A stretch of 58,096 nt of DNA, the filler included, from Dugesia japonica (taxonomy: Eukaryota): the NCBI GenBank assembly GCA_001938525.1. It is 5 parts of 5 records of this genome, joined end to end, with 100 filler letters (N's around TTAATTAATTAA, not from the genome) between each part and the next. Parts side by side here need not be neighbours in the genome. Positions count along the whole stretch, not along the records: positions 48,431 to 58,096 come from MQRL01648355.1; 4 more parts are not named here. One strand, 5' to 3'. Numbering within the stretch: position 1 is the first letter of the stretch; each line of letters opens with the position of its first letter. The notes beneath the pieces were generated by a model, which ran no database searches, was not told the DNA's origin, and was given only the letters and a program-made list of their open reading frames with translations. The position numbers and the translations under genes are program-made. Below, in pieces: positions 52,700 through 58,096 of this stretch.

Positions 52700-53381
52700 G
52701 CGTTTGCCAAATCTGGAATACCTAGTATTCTATTTGCGGGAAATTCTACTGCATTTATAAAATCCTTCAAATTCATACCAACTAGAATGCAGCTATCTAA
52801 AATCTTCTTTATTTTCTCTTTAAAATCTTCGCCATCCTAGTTTCCTGTAATTTGAGCTTCTTGCAACCCATGTGCATGCGCTTGGTAATGTTTGATGCAA
52901 CTGCGTGGAGTAATAATGGAATTGATTATCAGTTCACCGTCAAAATTAAGCACGGTGGCTGAAACTATAGCTGATTCAAATTTTCTTTGAGTGTAACATG
53001 GTAAAAAGCCCCGAAACCTGTTACACAATTTTCCTGTTGCGGGGTTAGAGACAATCGCACAAATGATTTCTGTATTTTAATGTCATTAAAATTGGCATAA
53101 TAAGTCCATGTGAGCTCATTCATAGCTGACCTAATGGCTGGTTTTTCAAAATATAAGACCTCCACAGCGATAATTGCTGTACCTTTGATGCATTAGAAAC
53201 CTATTTTCCTCTCCCTGCTATCTTCATTGATGATCTCCAGGGTGGTATGTTTTTCCAAATATACGGGGGTTGCTATTCCCTATAATGCAACCGTGATTGA
53301 TTTATTGATTGCATGAACTCACAGGTTAGATGTTCTTGGTTCATTTTTCATATCTCTAAATACATTCATAATATTTGCCAT
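52700..53381 (-). pseudogene. DEDDh 3'-5' exonuclease (REXO4/ISG20/REX1-like), decayed and 3'-truncated
   Basis: AIIAVEVL (ExoI-like, first D appears mutated); IVSATVLNFDGELIINSIITP..IKHY..HAHGL..QI; FKEKIKKILDSCILVGMNLKD (ExoII-like). Confidence 0.7.
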
Positions 53382-53429
53382 TTCTCGGCAACATATTGTG
53401 GAGACAAACATGGTTCTTTTTAGAGCATT

Positions 53430-54340
53430 AGGAAATTTGAATTTATTTGGGATTGCCGTTGTCTCATAAGACGTAACTTTTTCAACTTATTCTGTGCTCA
53501 TAGCCACACCGCAATCACACCCATAAAGCCAATTCCTGCTACCAACAATGCTAATACCATCTGAATACGCTTTTGCATTTTGCTGTTAGCCTTGTTATTT
53601 AAGGAGTCGGTGTAGAACAATTACACTGCGCTAAGGCCATTTGAGATGCTACCTTTTCCACGCTAACATTTGTCTGACATGTTTTAATTCTATTCCAGAA
53701 GTTTTTATTTAATTTTCTGGAAATCGGTTTCTTACTAACCGTACCAAACATAACCTTGCTTGATTGTATTTCTTCAGAGAATACCAGATATGTGGCTGTT
53801 GATGCTTCTTTCTGTCGATAATATCTAACTTTTATATCGGAGTTAAGTCCAAAACACCATCTCCAAACATTAACGTTTTTGTTCAAACGAATTATAGAAT
53901 TTAATTTTCCGTGGTAAAGCTCGATTTGTGTTTCCTCCTGCTCTGTTTGTACTTTTGTGAAAAATAGGCATGATCCTTTGTACGATATTACTACTTTGTT
54001 TATTGGCAATGTCGTAAGATACCATCCGGTGGTTCTTACAGTCTCCCCATATACAGATTTGAATTGCTGATACCAACACTGCATAGAATAGGTATAGTTA
54101 GCCTTTAAATTTCTGATATTGACCTCTCTGTTTCTATATCCTATCTTGTAATCTGTTTCTGTTCCATCGGAAATAAACGCTATGTGGTAGTTGAATGTTG
54201 ATTCGACTGTTGTTCTTATAGAGAATTTATGGTACCATCTTCGTAATATTATTTTCTCCATTGGTACTGCTTTGGGTTGAATTTCAATCTGTGCACTGAC
54301 CATATTAAGACTACTTATTATTGCAATAATCATTAATATT
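53430..54340 (-). pseudogene. Env-position type I membrane protein: signal peptide, FN3-like beta-rich ectodomain, TM helix, basic tail
   Basis: ILMIIAIISSLNMVSA/Q signal; NIRNLKANYTYSMQC resembles the FN3 L.P.T.Y motif. After a frameshift near 53610: MVLALLVAGIGFMGVIAVWL then KLKKLRLMRQR. Confidence 0.65.
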
Positions 54341-57130
54341 TGCGAATACGTTTGTGATCTTAGTGGATATCTATTGTTAGATCCTTGAGTGTTTGTTGAA
54401 GACCTTTTTGCCTTGTCCTTGACTTTTATCTCTTTATTTTTAACTTGCTCATCTTTTGTATAATATTTGTTGCATCTATTTGCATGTACTAGTATAAGTT
54501 CTGCTTTTCTGTTAGAACAAAATTGTTAGACTAAATTAGTTTCTGTTGTTTTTAATACCTCATAAGGTTCCTTGTAGTTTCGTACCAACTTCGGTGACAA
54601 ACCTTATGTATTATTATGCCCTTCGAACATTACTAAATCTTGCACTCTTAACTTGTGCGGTTTAGTCTTTTTATCATATGCCTCTTTCATTCCTTCTTGT
54701 GAATATTTAATACTTAAATTAGCTTTTGGCTAAGCTATTTGCATCTTATCTTTTAGTTCAAGCAGATAATTGCTCTCATCAAGGTACTGTGATAATAGTG
54801 TTAAAAATACAAGATCTACCGGCATGTTGCTATTTCTCAAATACATTAAAGGAAACGGTGAATAACCTGTACTTGAATGTACTGCGTTACGATACGCGAG
54901 CAAGCATGTGGGTATGTGAATGTCTCAATCCGTTTGCTCAGAATTGAGATATGATGATAGCATTTGAGCTAATGTTCCATTAAACCTTTCGACTAATCCA
55001 TCCGTCTGAGAATGATATGGAGATGTATTTAATTTTAATATTCCAAAATACTCATTTATTCCTTTTAATAAATTACTCATGAAATCTTTTCCTCTGTCGG
55101 TTAGCAACTTTCTTGGTACTCCATATCGAAAGACTATCTGTTCCACAAAGATTCTAGCCATTGTATCTGCTTTATGGTCCGGCATAGGAAAAGCTTTGGG
55201 CCATTTTGTGAGATAATCCCAGGCTACTAATATAAACTTATTTCCATCATTTGTAGGTTTAAATGGTCCCAACACATCCATCGCTAGAAATTTCATTGGT
55301 GATATTGGAATTGGCATTGGTTTCAATGGTACCCTTGTTTTGGCTCCTGTATTTCGTCTGGTAGTACAAACATTACATGTTTGACACCATTGCTTTACTT
55401 CCTGACGAATTTCCGGCCAAAAATATTTCTGCCTTGGTCTAGAAATTGTTTTTTTGGCTGAGAAATGTCCTCCCAATTGCCCATCATGATATTGTAACAT
55501 CAAAGCATCTCTAAGAGTTTTTGGTACCATTACAACATTATCAGTTGCTTCCTGATATTTCACTAATCCATCTTCTAATAAGAATTTTCCTTGGTTCTTC
55601 GACCAAAACTTTTCAAATTCGACTGGTACTATTTCAGTTTCTAGAACCTGTTTTATTTGATTAATTTCCTCATCCTCGAGTTGAGCCTTGATCACATCGA
55701 CTTGGTTGTTTGCCATTTTAAGAACTGCAAATATTGTTTCTTCTAATCTTCCTTCTTTAATATCTTCAGGCTCATCATCCTGATCCATTCTTGATAATGC
55801 ATCTGCATTTGAGTTCTCTTTTCCTTTTCTGTAAATGATATCTATATCATATGGCTTTAATTTCAATGCCCATCTAATTAGTCTAGATGAATCGTTCTTA
55901 TGCTTCATCAACCATTGTAATGGCTTGTGATCGGTGTAGATTATTATCTTTCTACGCCAAAGATAATGTCTAAATTTATCAATCGCGAATATTACTGCTA
56001 AAGTCTCTAACTCTATCACATCATAATTTTTCTCGTGAGGCTTCAGCCCTCTACTTGCATAAGGTATAGCGCATTCATTACCGTTTTCATCGAGTTGGCC
56101 TAACACAGCCTCAGCTTCTTTATTACTGGCATCCGTCATGACCATGAATTCTTTTTCGAAATTCGGATATTTAAGTATTGGTGCAGATATTAATAGATTC
56201 TTGAGCGTCTCGAACGCGTTTTCCTGTTTAGTTTCCCATACAAATTTAACTCCCAGTTTTTCCACCTGTGTTAAGGGGAATGCTAGGGCTGGAAAATCTC
56301 TAATAAATTTTCTATAATATCCTGCTAATCCTAAGAACTCTTTTATTTGTTTTGGATTCTTTGGTTGAGGAAATTTTTGTACTTTTCTTATATTTGCTGG
56401 ATCAGGTCTTATTCCTTTCCGAGATATTACATGACCCACATAAATGACTTCCTCCTCAGCTAATTTACATTTTGTAGGCTTTAATTTAATGTTTGCTTTT
56501 TATAATCTAGTGAACACCTCTTCCAAATTTCCGAGATGTTCATTGAACGTTTCTGAGAAGACTAATATGTCGTCAATGTATACCATTGCAAATGGCACAT
56601 CTTCTAGGATTTTATTCATGGTTCTTTGAAATGTCTCCGGAGCTCCTGTGAGTCCAAATTNGCATAACATTATACTCGTAATGACCCATATTTATTGAAA
56701 ATGCAGTCATTCTTTTAGTTTCCTCAGTGCATACGATTTGACAAAGTCCTTTTTGTTCATCTCCTACGAAGTAATATAATGCTTTTTTTAATTTATCGAA
56801 TATCCATTTCAATAATGGTAAAGGATGACTGTCCTTGACTGTCACTTCGTTTAATTTACGATAATCATTGCATAATCGTACTGTTCCGTCTTTTTTAGCC
56901 ACAACTATTAATGCGGACTGGAATGGTGATTTACTGTGACTGATAATTTTATATTTTAACATCAGTTTAACTTGCTTTTCTACGTTTGCTTCCAATTTCT
57001 CAGGAAATGGATACGGTCTCAACTTGATTGGTTTATCCGTTGTGAGCACAATTTCATGCTCCAAGATATTTGTTATTCCAAGATCANATTCGTGTTTAGC
57101 GAAAATATGATCAAATTTTCTTAGCAACAT
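54341..57130 (-). pseudogene. pol: Gypsy pol: RT, RNase H, integrase
   Basis: LCNDYRKLN, YIDDILV, FLGLAGYYRKFI, TDAS, TDHKPL, NADALSR, H..GH..C..C zinc finger, AMDVLGP, LTDRG, GLVERFN, PYEV (GPY-like), RYPLR. Confidence 0.97.
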
Positions 57131-57163
57131 ATTTATGAGAATATTTTCTTTTCTAGTTAAAAT

Positions 57164-57933
57164 TTAACTATCGCAACAAGGTGCATCATAGTATTCGATA
57201 TCTGGATCACGTTGCTCTGTAACAGAGAGTTTTGAAGATTTCCCAATTATTTCATCATCTAGTACATAAATAACTTCCATATTTGTATCTGGAAAAAATG
57301 TAATCGGTCTAATGTCTAAATTTTTCAATTTTATTGAAAATCTACCTTCTCTAACCTGGCTGACGCTATAGGTTCTGGGTATAAAATATCTTTCCATTAA
57401 CAGACGATTTGACTCAAACAGTACTTCTCCTTCCTGCTTGAGTGTAGTATTGATAGTACATACAGTTTCTACCATAGGAGGTATCGTGATCTGTCTATCG
57501 ATATAAGCCAAGTGTTTATTGTATTCTTTTTTACGCTTTCTGGTTAACTTTACCAGCTGTCCTGTGGCGCAATCAAAAACCACATCTTTGAGCTTTTTCA
57601 ATACATCCATATCCAATATACTTTCTACTGGACATCTCCTCATGACTTTTATTTCATGTTTTATGTCTTGATCACATAATTTTATATTACAAACTAGATA
57701 TCCAATGATATCTAATTTTCCTCCGTTTTTGCTGCAGTAATGTCTGATTGTTCTTTAATAACATTTGCAGTTTCTGTTTTATTCAGTAGATTGGCTTCTA
57801 CTATTGTTCTGTCTGATCCGAAATCTATCATAGCGTAGACTACATGTCGATTAATTCTTATTTTTATTGTTGGCTTGTGAGCGTATTCTGCATTTACCAT
57901 AAAAGTTGACATAAATGTTGAAATCCCAAACAT
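57164..57933 (-). pseudogene. Gypsy aspartic protease and PR-RT spacer
   Basis: IRINRHVVYAMIDFGSDRTIV (DTG-like) and SILDMDVL (ILG.D-like), followed by a beta-rich spacer ITIPP...IKLKN...PIT. Confidence 0.85.
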
Positions 57934-58096
57934 GTTTTTCTTTGTGTATCAAATTTTAGTTCTGTTTGATTATTCATACCATTTCTTTCTTGTAATTGAT
58001 AGTTTTGATTAAACTAATTTTTTCTAAACTGCTCTGAATTCATATTTGATAAGTTTCTTATTCTAGTTTTCTCTTTTTCCCAGTTTTGAAATCCTT

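Larger units (their letters stand above)
52699..58096 (-). mobile_element. Ty3/gypsy LTR retroelement with extra ORFs (PR-RT-RH-IN, membrane protein, exonuclease); no LTR visible
   Basis: Domain order PR, RT, RH, IN on the minus strand. It runs off the window at its 5' side and is truncated at the telomeric tract. Confidence 0.93.

Noticed and set aside
57164-57520. dUTPase-like beta-rich segment between protease and RT
   Set aside because: No catalytic dUTPase motifs are visible, and such spacers are common in gypsy pol.
37559-58096. Alternative genetic code explaining the in-frame stops
   Set aside because: All three stop codons and many frameshifts occur, consistent with neutral decay.

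Overview
Very AT-rich eukaryotic genomic DNA with AAT microsatellites, spliceosomal exons and a TTAGGG tract. The repeat complement suggests a freshwater planarian or similar invertebrate (inference). The window is five contigs joined by artificial 100-bp spacers (44 N + TTAATTAATTAA + 44 N at about 14.6, 28.6, 37.5 and 48.4 kb), so adjacency across spacers is unproven. The first 34 kb holds two minus-strand host exons among decayed transposons: a FLYWCH-MULE, several mariners (one nested in another), a gypsy pol remnant, a piggyBac carrying a solo LTR, and Penelope-type repeats with minimal hammerhead ribozymes. The last 24 kb is a virus-like accessory region. It contains an endogenous element with two tandem, unrelated SF3 helicases (CRESS-Rep-like and NS1/E1-like, as in planarian PEVE) and decayed Polinton/Maverick genes (two different major capsid proteins, two pPolB remnants, packaging ATPase, integrase, penton, core-protein-like ORF). 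It ends in a Ty3/gypsy element whose pol frame runs into a signal peptide/FN3-like/transmembrane protein followed by a DEDDh exonuclease. The most notable observation is absent from the ORF track: a frameshifted, intronless TATA-binding-protein-like gene (48572-49004, minus) lying head-to-head, 43 bp from the Polinton packaging ATPase, suggesting a Polinton/adintovirus lineage with its own TBP. All homology calls come from motif recognition by eye; no searches were run.
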